From: an uncultured Acidobacteriota bacterium | GTDB taxonomy: Bacteria; Acidobacteriota; Thermoanaerobaculia; Multivoradales; UBA5704 | Reading direction: 5' to 3' | DNA: 64,000 nt | Assembly: GCA_963770895.1 (NCBI GenBank) | Contig: CAVYRF010000002.1 | Location: forward strand, 5,728,001-5,792,000 | Shown: positions 44,904 through 53,414 of the stretch, piece by piece | How the letters are laid out: each line of letters starts with the position of its first letter | How positions within the stretch are numbered: position 1 is the stretch's first letter | Notes under the pieces: model-generated | Databases searched by the model: none | Told to the model about the DNA's origin: nothing | The model's input: only the letters and a program-made list of their open reading frames with translations | Made by a program: the position numbers and the translations under genes

Positions 44904-46124
44904 CTAGAAAAGCTGCGGCTCGGACTGCCCCAACAGGCGCCGGGCGAGGTGGCGGCCGGTGGCAAAGCCGAGCGACATCCCATGGCCGTTCAAACCCGCT
45001 GCATAGATCGCGCCTGGCACCCCCGGCACTTCGCCGACGCGCGGCAGGCCATCGGCGGTGACGGCCATCGTGCCGCCCCAGCGCGCCGCCACCGGCAGGT
45101 GGGCGAAACGCGGGAAGGCTTCGGCGCGGAACCGTTCGAGCGCCCCCTGCACCGTCGCGGTGGGCGCCTCGGCGTAGCCGACCTCCAGGTCGCGCGCCGC
45201 CCAGCGGCAGCCGCCCAGCAGGAAGGTGCCGTCGGCCAGCTGGCGCGCGTATTCGTAGCCGTCGTTGATGTACCAGACGCCGTGCAGATCGCGCGGCGCC
45301 CCCGGCACGGTAGCCAGGATCTGGCCGCGCACCGGCCGCACCTCCCCCGCCAGGTGCGGCAGGAGCGCCGGGCTGTAGGCGTTGAGCGCCAGCACCACCT
45401 GCTCCGCCCGCACCACGCCCGCCGCGGTGCGCAGCTCCACCCCGCCGCCGGTGCCGCTGCTGGCGCCACCGCCATCGCCGTCGCCGGCGGCGGCGATGCC
45501 AAGCACCTGGCAGCCGCTGCGCACTTCGCAATCCGCCTCCGCCAGCAGCCGGGCGAGCCCGCGGCAGAGCGCGACGGGATCGAGGCCGCCGTCCTGCGGC
45601 TGGAAGATCGCGCCGCCCAGCCGGTCGCTGCCGCTGGCGCGCCGCACCTGCGGCGCCTCGCGCCATTCGACGTCGAAGCCCAGCGCCGCCAGCCGCTGGG
45701 CGCTCTGGCGCAGCTCGGCCTCCTGGTCGGTGCCGGCGAGCGCCGCCAGCCAGCTGCCCTCCTGCTGGAAATCGCATTCGACCCGCCGCGCGTCGAGGAT
45801 CTCCGCGCGCAGCAGCTCGCGGTTGACGCGCGACACCTCCCAGAAACGGTGCGCCGCCGCCTCCCCCACCTCGACTGCCATCCGCGCGTAAGGTTCGGCG
45901 GTGCCGGTGAGCAGGAAGCCGGCGTTGCGCCCCGAAGCGTGCGCCGCCACCTGGTCCGCCTCCAGCAGCAGCGGCCGCTTGCCGGCGCGGGTGAGCCACC
46001 AGGCGGTCGCCAGGCCGACGATGCCGCCGCCGACGACCGCCAGCTCCACCTGCTCCACCCGGCCGCCGCCGCGGGAGAGCCACAGCGACGGCAGCGCCTC
46101 AGCCCGCAAGGACGCTGCCTCCAT
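44904..46124 (-). CDS. FAD-dependent oxidoreductase (DAO/PuuB-like)
   Basis: VVGGGIVG, ASGRNAGF, DGLPRVG, GLNGHGM. Confidence 0.85.
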   Translation of the reverse strand: MEAASLRAEALPSLWLSRGGGRVEQVELAVVGGGIVGLATAWWLTRAGKRPLLLEADQVAAHASGRNAGFLLTGTAEPYARMAVEVGEAAAHRFWEVSRVNRELLRAEILDARRVECDFQQEGSWLAALAGTDQEAELRQSAQRLAALGFDVEWREAPQVRRASGSDRLGGAIFQPQDGGLDPVALCRGLARLLAEADCEVRSGCQVLGIAAAGDGDGGGASSGTGGGVELRTAAGVVRAEQVVLALNAYSPALLPHLAGEVRPVRGQILATVPGAPRDLHGVWYINDGYEYARQLADGTFLLGGCRWAARDLEVGYAEAPTATVQGALERFRAEAFPRFAHLPVAARWGGTMAVTADGLPRVGEVPGVPGAIYAAGLNGHGMSLGFATGRHLARRLLGQSEPQLF

Positions 46125-46860
46125 TCACGTTGAGGATCTCGCCGGTGACGTGGCGCGCCAGCTGCGAGGCGAGGAACAGCACCGGCCCGGCGATCTCTTC
46201 GGCCGTGGCGACGCGGCCGAGCGGGATGGTCGCCGCCACCTGCCGCCCTGCCGCGCCGTCCAGCGCCGCCTCGGTCATTTCTGTCGCCACCCATCCCGGC
46301 GCCACCGAGTTGACGCGCACCCGCGGCGCCAGCTCAAGGGCCCACGACTTGGTGGCCGAAATCAGCGCTCCCTTGCTGGCCGAATAGGGGCTGTAGAGCG
46401 CTTCGCCGCGCTGGCCGGAGGTCGAGGTGATGTTGATGATGCTGCCGTCGTCGGACGCCGCCAGCAGCGGCGCGAGCGCCGTCACGCACAGGAACGGCCC
46501 CACCACGTTGACCGCCAGCGTGTCGTCCAGGGCGGCGGCGTCGAAGCGCGCGAGCGGGTTTTCCACCCACACCCCGGCGTTGTTGACCAGGGTGTCGAGC
46601 GCCCCCCACTCGCTCTTCACCGCGTCGGCGAGCGCGCCGATGGAAGCCGCGTCGCGCAGGTCGCAGTGCCGAGCCAGGTGCGGCGCCGGGGCCGGCGAAA
46701 GCGCGCGCAGCTCGCTCAGCAGTGTCATGGCCGCCTGCTCGCGCGCCTGGTACTGGACCAGGACGGCGGCGCCGGCGCGCGCGAACAGCCGGCAGCAGGC
46801 GGCGCCGATGCCGCGGCTGCCGCCGGTGACCAGCACGCGCCGGCCCGCGAGGTCGATCAC
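46099..46860 (-). CDS. SDR family oxidoreductase (FabG-like)
   Basis: TGGSRGIG, NNAG, YSASK, VNSVAPG. Confidence 0.9.
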   Translation of the reverse strand: MIDLAGRRVLVTGGSRGIGAACCRLFARAGAAVLVQYQAREQAAMTLLSELRALSPAPAPHLARHCDLRDAASIGALADAVKSEWGALDTLVNNAGVWVENPLARFDAAALDDTLAVNVVGPFLCVTALAPLLAASDDGSIINITSTSGQRGEALYSPYSASKGALISATKSWALELAPRVRVNSVAPGWVATEMTEAALDGAAGRQVAATIPLGRVATAEEIAGPVLFLASQLARHVTGEILNVNGGSVLAG

Positions 46861-48044
46861 TGGACCGACTCGACCAGCATGGCGATGCCCTGGCCGCCGC
46901 CGATGCAGGCCGACGCGACGCCCACGCCGCCGCCGCGCCGCCCCAGCTCCTTGAGCAGCGTGATCAGCAGGCGGGTGCCCGACGCGGCCAGCGGATGGCC
47001 GAGCGCGATGGCGCCGCCGTTGACGTTGAGCTTGTCGACGTCCAGGCCCAGCTCGCGCACCACCGCCAGGATCTGGCCGGCGAACGCTTCGTTGATCTCC
47101 AGCAGGTCGAGGTCGCTCAACTGCATGCCGGTCTTCTGCAGCACGGCGCGGATGGCCGGCGCCGGGCCGATGCCCATGCGCGACGGCTCGACGCCGACGA
47201 CCGACCAGCCGAGGATGCGGCCGATCGGCTTCCAGCCGCGCTCCTTGGCGCGCTCGGCGGTGGTCAGCAGCATCATCGCCGCGCCGTCGACGATCCCCGA
47301 GGCGTTGCCGGCGGTGACGAAGCCGTCCTTGTCGAAGGCCGGCGGCAGGCCCGCCAGCTCTTCCATCGTGCTTTCAGGGCGCATGTGGTCGTCGCGCTCG
47401 ATCTTTTTGGCCTTCTTGCCCTTGCCCACTTCGACCGGCACCACCTCTTCCGACATCTTGCCGCTGTCCCAGGCGGCGCCGGCGCGGCGCTGCGACAGCA
47501 GGGCGAACTCATCCTGGTCGGCGCGGCTGATGCCGTAGTCCTTGGACAGGTTGTTGCTGGTCTGCGCCATGTAGTAGCCGCAGTAGGAATCGAACAGCGC
47601 CACCATCAGCAGGTCTTCCAGCTTCCCCTGGCCGAGCTTGAAGCCGCGCCGCGCGCCCCAGATGACGTGCGGCGTCTGCGACATGTTTTCCATGCCGCCG
47701 ACCAGGCAGGTGGTGGCGTCGCCGGTCAGCACCATCTGCGCGCCCGAGATCACCGACTGGATGCCGGAGCCGCACAGCCGGTTGATGGTGAGCGCCGGCA
47801 CCTCCTTGGGCAGGCCGGCCTTGAGCGCCACGTGGCGCGCCCCGTAGATGGCGTCCGGCGAGGTCTGCAGGGCGTTGCCGACCACCGTGTGGTCGATCTC
47901 CTTGCCATCGACGCCCAGGCGGTCGAGCAGCGCGCGGGCGGCGTGGGCCGCCAGGTCGATCGCCGACAGGTCGGCGAAGACGCCGTTGTATTCGGCCATC
48001 GGGGTGCGCACCCCGTCGACCAGGACCAGATCACGAATATTCAT
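46857..48044 (-). CDS. Acetyl-CoA C-acyltransferase (thiolase)
   Basis: NRLCGSG, NEAF, GHPLAASG, CIGGGQG. Confidence 0.93.
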   Translation of the reverse strand: MNIRDLVLVDGVRTPMAEYNGVFADLSAIDLAAHAARALLDRLGVDGKEIDHTVVGNALQTSPDAIYGARHVALKAGLPKEVPALTINRLCGSGIQSVISGAQMVLTGDATTCLVGGMENMSQTPHVIWGARRGFKLGQGKLEDLLMVALFDSYCGYYMAQTSNNLSKDYGISRADQDEFALLSQRRAGAAWDSGKMSEEVVPVEVGKGKKAKKIERDDHMRPESTMEELAGLPPAFDKDGFVTAGNASGIVDGAAMMLLTTAERAKERGWKPIGRILGWSVVGVEPSRMGIGPAPAIRAVLQKTGMQLSDLDLLEINEAFAGQILAVVRELGLDVDKLNVNGGAIALGHPLAASGTRLLITLLKELGRRGGGVGVASACIGGGQGIAMLVESVQ

Positions 48045-49213
48045 CAGGTGGAGCCTCCATCGCGCCAGGCAGGGTCAGGCAGGTCGAAGGCGCGCGTCGC
48101 AGCCGCATGAAAGCGCCTCCGCCAGCGGTTCAAATTGATCGCCGGATCGAGCCGGTGGGCCAGCAGAACGAACACCCGCGACCGCGCCGGGTCGATCCAC
48201 AGGCTGCCACCCGCAAATCCGCTATGTCCAAAGGAGTCCGCCGACAGCGCCGGGCCTCCCCCTCCACGGTGGCGTCGCCGCCACCATCCCAGGGCGAAAG
48301 GTCCGCCCCCGGCCAGGGCCGCGGCGACCATCCCCCTGTCCAACAACCGGCGCGGCGCCAGCCATTCCGCCCCCAGCCGCCACAGGTCGGCCGCCGGCCC
48401 GAACAGCCCGCAATGCCCGCACAGCACGGCGCCAGCCGCTCCCCCGCGTTCCCCGCCCGGCGCGGCGGCCCCGGCTACTCCGCCGGCGCTGCCGGCGAGC
48501 GCCAGCCGGGTCAGGAAGCGGGCGTTGCCGTCCTGCGGCCAGCCGACCTGCGGCGGCGGCAGTGCCGCGATGGTCAGCCCCGCCCGCGCCGCCAGCTCCA
48601 CCTCCCGTCCCGTCCCCATCCGCGACTCCGCCACCGGCAGACCCGTCGCCGGCGACGCTCCGGTGGTGGCGGCGATCCCCAGCGGCGCCAGCACGCGCTC
48701 GGCGACCAGCTGCGCCAGCGGCCGGCCCAGCGCCCGCTCGGCGGCCCATCCCCACAGCAGGTAGTCAAGGTCGCTGTAGGTGCCGGCGCGCCCGCCCAGC
48801 AAGGCGCCGGAGCGCAGCAGCGCCTGGGCCGCGTCCAGCGAACCGCAGCGCGCATAGAGCGGCGTCCAGGCCTGGAGCCCTGCCCGGTGCCGCAGCAGCG
48901 CCGCGAGCGGCTGCGCCGCAAGGTCCGGCGCGGTGCCGGGCAACACCGCGCCCAGCGGCGTCGCCAGCGGCAGGTCGCCCGCGCGGTCCAACCCCAGCGC
49001 CAGCGTCGCCACGAACGGCTTGCTCAACGAACCGTAGTCGAAGCAGGTGCCGGCATCCGCCCGCCGCCCCGCCATCCCCTGGCGCGCCCACCCCGCCGCC
49101 CGGCTCCATAGGACGTCCCGCGGGCCGCCGACCAACGCCACGACCGCCGATGCGGCCCCCTCCGCGACCAGCGCATCGACGAAACGCTCGAGCGCGGTCA
49201 GGGGGGAGCGCAT
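48044..49213 (-). CDS. Serine hydrolase, beta-lactamase-like family
   Basis: SxxK (SLSK), YSD, FGHSGFAGGSLWIDP. Confidence 0.8.
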   Translation of the reverse strand: MRSPLTALERFVDALVAEGAASAVVALVGGPRDVLWSRAAGWARQGMAGRRADAGTCFDYGSLSKPFVATLALGLDRAGDLPLATPLGAVLPGTAPDLAAQPLAALLRHRAGLQAWTPLYARCGSLDAAQALLRSGALLGGRAGTYSDLDYLLWGWAAERALGRPLAQLVAERVLAPLGIAATTGASPATGLPVAESRMGTGREVELAARAGLTIAALPPPQVGWPQDGNARFLTRLALAGSAGGVAGAAAPGGERGGAAGAVLCGHCGLFGPAADLWRLGAEWLAPRRLLDRGMVAAALAGGGPFALGWWRRRHRGGGGPALSADSFGHSGFAGGSLWIDPARSRVFVLLAHRLDPAINLNRWRRRFHAAATRAFDLPDPAWRDGGST

Positions 49214-49229
49214 CCGGCGGCCGATCCTA

Positions 49230-51155
49230 TCAAACGGCGGCGGGCGCCGCCGCCCGCCGCGGCCTGCTCGCTGGATCTATAACGGGTGGAGACTTGCCGG
49301 TGAGCAGGACCGGGATGAGGTCACCGGGCAGACTCTGCATCTCAATGGCATTGCGACCCGCTAAAAACGCAGCGGGGATCTGGAGGCCGGCACCGAGGGC
49401 GGTATAAAAGCCCACCGAAAAGTTGATCGCGGTGCGGTCACTGATTGAACTTTTCATCCCGACGACGTAGGGGACGCGCTCGGCGATCGCCATCGCCTGA
49501 GCCTCCGAGTGACAGGAGTTGAGCACAACACAGCGCACCGCATCCGCGACCAGGTCAAAAAGGTGGACGAGGGCTGTCGTCGACACGAGCTGTGAGTCGC
49601 CCTGGTCGTTCTCGAGGACCAAACCGCTGGCACCCGTTCCGTGTCCGCAAAAGTGGACAATCTGTGGCCTGAGCTCCAGGATTGCCCGCTGCAAATCGAG
49701 AGGGCGCAGCGCGACGCGCTGCTCGAGGCTGAAAAGGTCCCGATACCTGGCGCGTCGGAAGCTGTCATCGATTTCCCGCATCTCTGCGTTCAGGCGCAGG
49801 CGCGTCTGATCGGACGGATCGGCCACCAGCAAGAGGATCTTGGCGACTCCGGAAACATCGCCAGACAAGGAGATCTGCTTGGCGATCGGTGTCCATGGCT
49901 GTGGCATCGCCACCTTCGCGTCGGACCTTTCCAGCTGGGCGCCGCTCGGCCCGGTGGGCAGCTTGGGAAGGTCGCTCGCGAACAGGTCTCTTGGCGTCAC
50001 AGGCAAGTCTGGTTCATCGCCTGACCTGCCGCCCTGGGGGAGCGCACCGGCCACCGCGGCCGTGGCTGTCACGACATCAGCGCCTGGATTGGCGAGCAGC
50101 TCCACAGCGATGGGTCGCAACGGAGCGCTGGCCGAGGGTGTCGCATACAACAGCGGCGCCTCTGTTTCAGTGCTGCCCGTTGCCAACTCCAAGGCCTTGC
50201 GAGCCGCAGCGACGCTCTGGCCGACCGTGGCACCGCCAACCAGCGAGGCATAGAGCTGCCGCTGCCAGGCGGCGCCGCCACCACCGGTCAGCCGGCGCCG
50301 CAGAGTGACCACCGACTCCAGGCCGCCACGGATAAGCGCCCGCGCGGTCAGGGCAAACGGGTTTACCTCGGAGCTTGTTTCGCCTGGTTCAAGCACTGCC
50401 AGCCGCAGCTGGTGATGGCCGGCGAGGCGACCAGCCATGAAGTCCGCGGTGACCATGCGAGGGTCTCCGCTTTCGCCTTCGACCAGCAGGCTGCCGATGC
50501 CTGAGCGTGCGTCGGAATGACCGCAACCTACGAAATGAAGGACCTGGAACGATTTCTGAGCGAGAGCCTGGGCAAGGTCAGGCATCCGGGCCGCCGGCAG
50601 GCGGGTGATCGAAAGCGTACCCGCGGCACGGAATTCCTGGAGCGCCGCCTGCAAGCCGTACCACGCGCGGTCGACCTCAACCCTGCGGTCCGGGAGACTG
50701 GGTAGGACTGCCAGGATCTCCAACGGACAGCCGAGGGCCTGCATAGAGCGGGGCTCCGTGGCGATGCTGCGAACGACGTCGATCCCAGCGAGGGGCGGGC
50801 CTTCGCTCAGCGCCTCCCATGGGATGTTCTCCAGCTCCGCCGCCGCTTCCAGGTCGACCCACAGACGCATGCACTTCCCGGCGGAGCTGGCCGCGGTCCT
50901 GGCGGTTTCAAGCCTGGCCAGGGTTTCACCACGAAAAACGGTCGAGAAAAGCAGCCCGGCGCCGGCCAGGGTCGCTTCTGGCCGGCCGCCGTCGGAGACC
51001 TTCGGCAGAAGGTCCAGGAGGTCCGCGGCAGAGAGACACGCGATGAGCGCGCCGCCGACGTCGCGCACCTGATATTGGCCGGGAGCGCTGCGGAAGCGCA
51101 ATGTCAGCTCTCCGGCCGTCTGTTGCACGCCGACGCTCAACCCTGTTGCGTCCAT
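49230..51155 (-). CDS. Tandem CHAT (caspase-like) domain protein: degenerate N-terminal CHAT plus intact C-terminal CHAT
   Basis: IPWEAL...VLHFVGCG...LAVLEPG (dyad lost) and KILLLVADP...IVHFCGHG...VVLNSC (dyad present). Confidence 0.82.
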   Translation of the reverse strand: MDATGLSVGVQQTAGELTLRFRSAPGQYQVRDVGGALIACLSAADLLDLLPKVSDGGRPEATLAGAGLLFSTVFRGETLARLETARTAASSAGKCMRLWVDLEAAAELENIPWEALSEGPPLAGIDVVRSIATEPRSMQALGCPLEILAVLPSLPDRRVEVDRAWYGLQAALQEFRAAGTLSITRLPAARMPDLAQALAQKSFQVLHFVGCGHSDARSGIGSLLVEGESGDPRMVTADFMAGRLAGHHQLRLAVLEPGETSSEVNPFALTARALIRGGLESVVTLRRRLTGGGGAAWQRQLYASLVGGATVGQSVAAARKALELATGSTETEAPLLYATPSASAPLRPIAVELLANPGADVVTATAAVAGALPQGGRSGDEPDLPVTPRDLFASDLPKLPTGPSGAQLERSDAKVAMPQPWTPIAKQISLSGDVSGVAKILLLVADPSDQTRLRLNAEMREIDDSFRRARYRDLFSLEQRVALRPLDLQRAILELRPQIVHFCGHGTGASGLVLENDQGDSQLVSTTALVHLFDLVADAVRCVVLNSCHSEAQAMAIAERVPYVVGMKSSISDRTAINFSVGFYTALGAGLQIPAAFLAGRNAIEMQSLPGDLIPVLLTGKSPPVIDPASRPRRAAAPAAV

Positions 51156-51167
51156 GGTGGCGAAGGC

Positions 51168-52121
51168 TCAGGAAGGCGCCACGGCCGACGCGTCGACCAG
51201 ATGGCCGCAGCAGGTGCAAAAGCGCTCGTCACCGACGGGCAAACGGCATCCGCAGCGCGGGCAGAAGCGCGCCGCCTCGTCACCCTTCGACCTGACGGTG
51301 CGAGCGGTCAGAATGCGATCGTACTGGCCGCTGCTGGTCCAGCGATCGAATTCAGCGGCCCGCATCACGGTCCAGGGGTGGCTCTCTCCCATAATACTGA
51401 GAATCTTCGCGACGCGGTCCAGTGGATTGGCGTCGAAGCCCTTGAACGCCCGTGCCTGGGCGATGAAGTCTTCGGCGTTGAAGCTGGAGCGATACTTATG
51501 CGGCAGTCCAGCCATTTTGATCATGGCGCTGATTGCCGCATCGCGGTTCTGGCAAGCCAGCAGTCCCGCGCGATCGGCCGTCAGCTCGGACATCCGCTTC
51601 CAATTGAGCAATGCCACTTCGAGCGCGGTCGACAGCCACGGTACTCCCGGCAGGACGCCAAGGGCATCTCCCAGGAAGGGCAGCACGGACCCCATCTGGT
51701 GGTAGAGGACGTGTCCGCTCTTGATGTGCCCGAGCTCGTGGCCGATCACGAAGAACAGCTCTTCTTCGCTGAGGCAATCGATGCAGGCGGCGTTGAGCAC
51801 CAGAATTGGCTTCTCGACACCAGCTGTAAACGCATTGATGCCGCGCCCTTCCTGCAGGTAGATGTCGGGCAAGGTCGCCAGGTCGAGAATCCCTGCAGCT
51901 TCCGCCACCAGGGTGTGGATGTCCGGCAGATTGTCGGCAGTTACCTGCAAATTGCTGCCGGTGTACTGAATCTTGAGGAAGCGCTCAAAGCCATATTGAT
52001 TAAAGGCACGCACCACCACCTCCAACCCTGGAGTGCCGCGCAGGCTTTCGAGCGCATGTCCGTCGAAAGGATGTTCATAGGCTTGTGCCTGTAGCCCTGC
52101 CAAAATCGCCCTTGCCATCAT
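51168..52121 (-). CDS. M48 family metallopeptidase with C-terminal zinc ribbon
   Basis: YEHPFD, NAFTAG, HELGH, ELTADRAG, SHPWTVMR; CPRC...CTCC. Confidence 0.9.
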   Translation of the reverse strand: MMARAILAGLQAQAYEHPFDGHALESLRGTPGLEVVVRAFNQYGFERFLKIQYTGSNLQVTADNLPDIHTLVAEAAGILDLATLPDIYLQEGRGINAFTAGVEKPILVLNAACIDCLSEEELFFVIGHELGHIKSGHVLYHQMGSVLPFLGDALGVLPGVPWLSTALEVALLNWKRMSELTADRAGLLACQNRDAAISAMIKMAGLPHKYRSSFNAEDFIAQARAFKGFDANPLDRVAKILSIMGESHPWTVMRAAEFDRWTSSGQYDRILTARTVRSKGDEAARFCPRCGCRLPVGDERFCTCCGHLVDASAVAPS

Positions 52122-52187
52122 TGTCCTCCAGCTAAGGCGCTGTCAATAAACAAATTTGACACTTGAGAGATTTTGATGTAGAACATT

Positions 52188-53414
52188 GTGGAGATGTCTG
52201 ATCTCCGCGCGCTGCAACAGAAGGTGGATTTGCTTTGGCCTCACCTGGACGAGCGGGCACGGCGTTTGTTCGCAGCGAGCGAGGCTCGCCAGCTTGGCCA
52301 CGGTGGCGTCTCGACAGTCAGTCGGGCCTGTGGCTTGTCGCGGGTCACGATTACGAAAGGCCTGAAGGAACTTGAAGGTTCCCCTCTTGCTGCGGGCCGA
52401 GTTCGGCGCGAGGGTGGCGGACGACCGGCGCTTGAGGTGCTCGATCCCGACCTGCCGAAGAGGTTGGAGGCTCTCGTTGAGCCCTTGACGAGCGGCGACC
52501 CCGAATCGCCTCTGCGCTGGACGAGCAAGAGCACGCGCGTCCTGGCCGCAGAGTTGGCAGCCGAGCACCATCCGGTCAGCCATGAGAAGGTGGCTCAGTT
52601 GCTGCGGCAGATGGACTACAGCCTGCAGGGCAACCGGAAGGCCGATGAGGGAAGCGACCATCCGGACCGCGATGCTCAGTTCCAATACATCAACGCACAG
52701 GTGAGCAAGGCGCTGGCCGCGAAGCGACCTGTCATATCGGTCGACACGAAGAAGAAGGAGATCCTCGGCAACTATTTAAACAAGGGCCAGCAGTGGCGAA
52801 AAGCGAAGTCTCCGCAACGAGTGAATGTCCACGACTTTCCCAGTCCAACGGTGCCGCGAGCCTACCCGTATGGAATCTACGACCTTGGCCGAAACACCGG
52901 GTTTGTGAACGTCGGCACAGATCATGACACCGGCGCCTTCGCGGTCGCGTCGATTCGGGGATGGTGGCGCGCCGAGGGGCGGCGGCTATATCCGAAGGCC
53001 CAAACTCTCTTGATTACCGCGGACGGTGGCGGCAGCAATGGCTATCGTCTTCGTCAGTGGAAAATGGAACTCCAGGCGCTGGCGGACGGGGCAGCGCTCT
53101 CCATCATGGTCTGTCACTTCCCTCCGGGGACCAGCAAGTGGAACAAGGTGGAGCACCGACTTTTCTCCTTCATCTCGTCGAACTGGCGCGGAGAGCCGCT
53201 TCGCGACTACGAGACCATTGTCCGCCTGATCGCCAAGACCACCACTGCCAAGGGCCTCAAGGTGAAGTGCCGGCTAGACCGTCGCTCGTACCCTGTCGGG
53301 CGAAAGGTATCCGACCAGGAGATCGCTACCCTCAACCTTAAGCCTCACTCATTCCACGGCGAATGGAACTATCTCATCCGATCTCACGATGGGGGATGTC
53401 CCACTTTCCGTTGA
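52188..53414 (+). CDS. ISAzo13-family (Rhodopirellula-type) DDE transposase
   Basis: GDPESPLRWTSKS, HPDRDAQF, ISVDTKKKE, ADGGGSNG, PPGTSKWNKVEHRLF; last codons altered by the IS256 insertion. Confidence 0.93.
   Translation: MEMSDLRALQQKVDLLWPHLDERARRLFAASEARQLGHGGVSTVSRACGLSRVTITKGLKELEGSPLAAGRVRREGGGRPALEVLDPDLPKRLEALVEPLTSGDPESPLRWTSKSTRVLAAELAAEHHPVSHEKVAQLLRQMDYSLQGNRKADEGSDHPDRDAQFQYINAQVSKALAAKRPVISVDTKKKEILGNYLNKGQQWRKAKSPQRVNVHDFPSPTVPRAYPYGIYDLGRNTGFVNVGTDHDTGAFAVASIRGWWRAEGRRLYPKAQTLLITADGGGSNGYRLRQWKMELQALADGAALSIMVCHFPPGTSKWNKVEHRLFSFISSNWRGEPLRDYETIVRLIAKTTTAKGLKVKCRLDRRSYPVGRKVSDQEIATLNLKPHSFHGEWNYLIRSHDGGCPTFR

Noticed and set aside
52118-52146. Outward-facing TTGACA in the ISAzo13 left end as a hybrid promoter for the M48 gene
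   Set aside because: The only -10-like hexamer (GACAAT) is 15 nt away and overlaps the start codon, so a transcript would begin inside the ORF.
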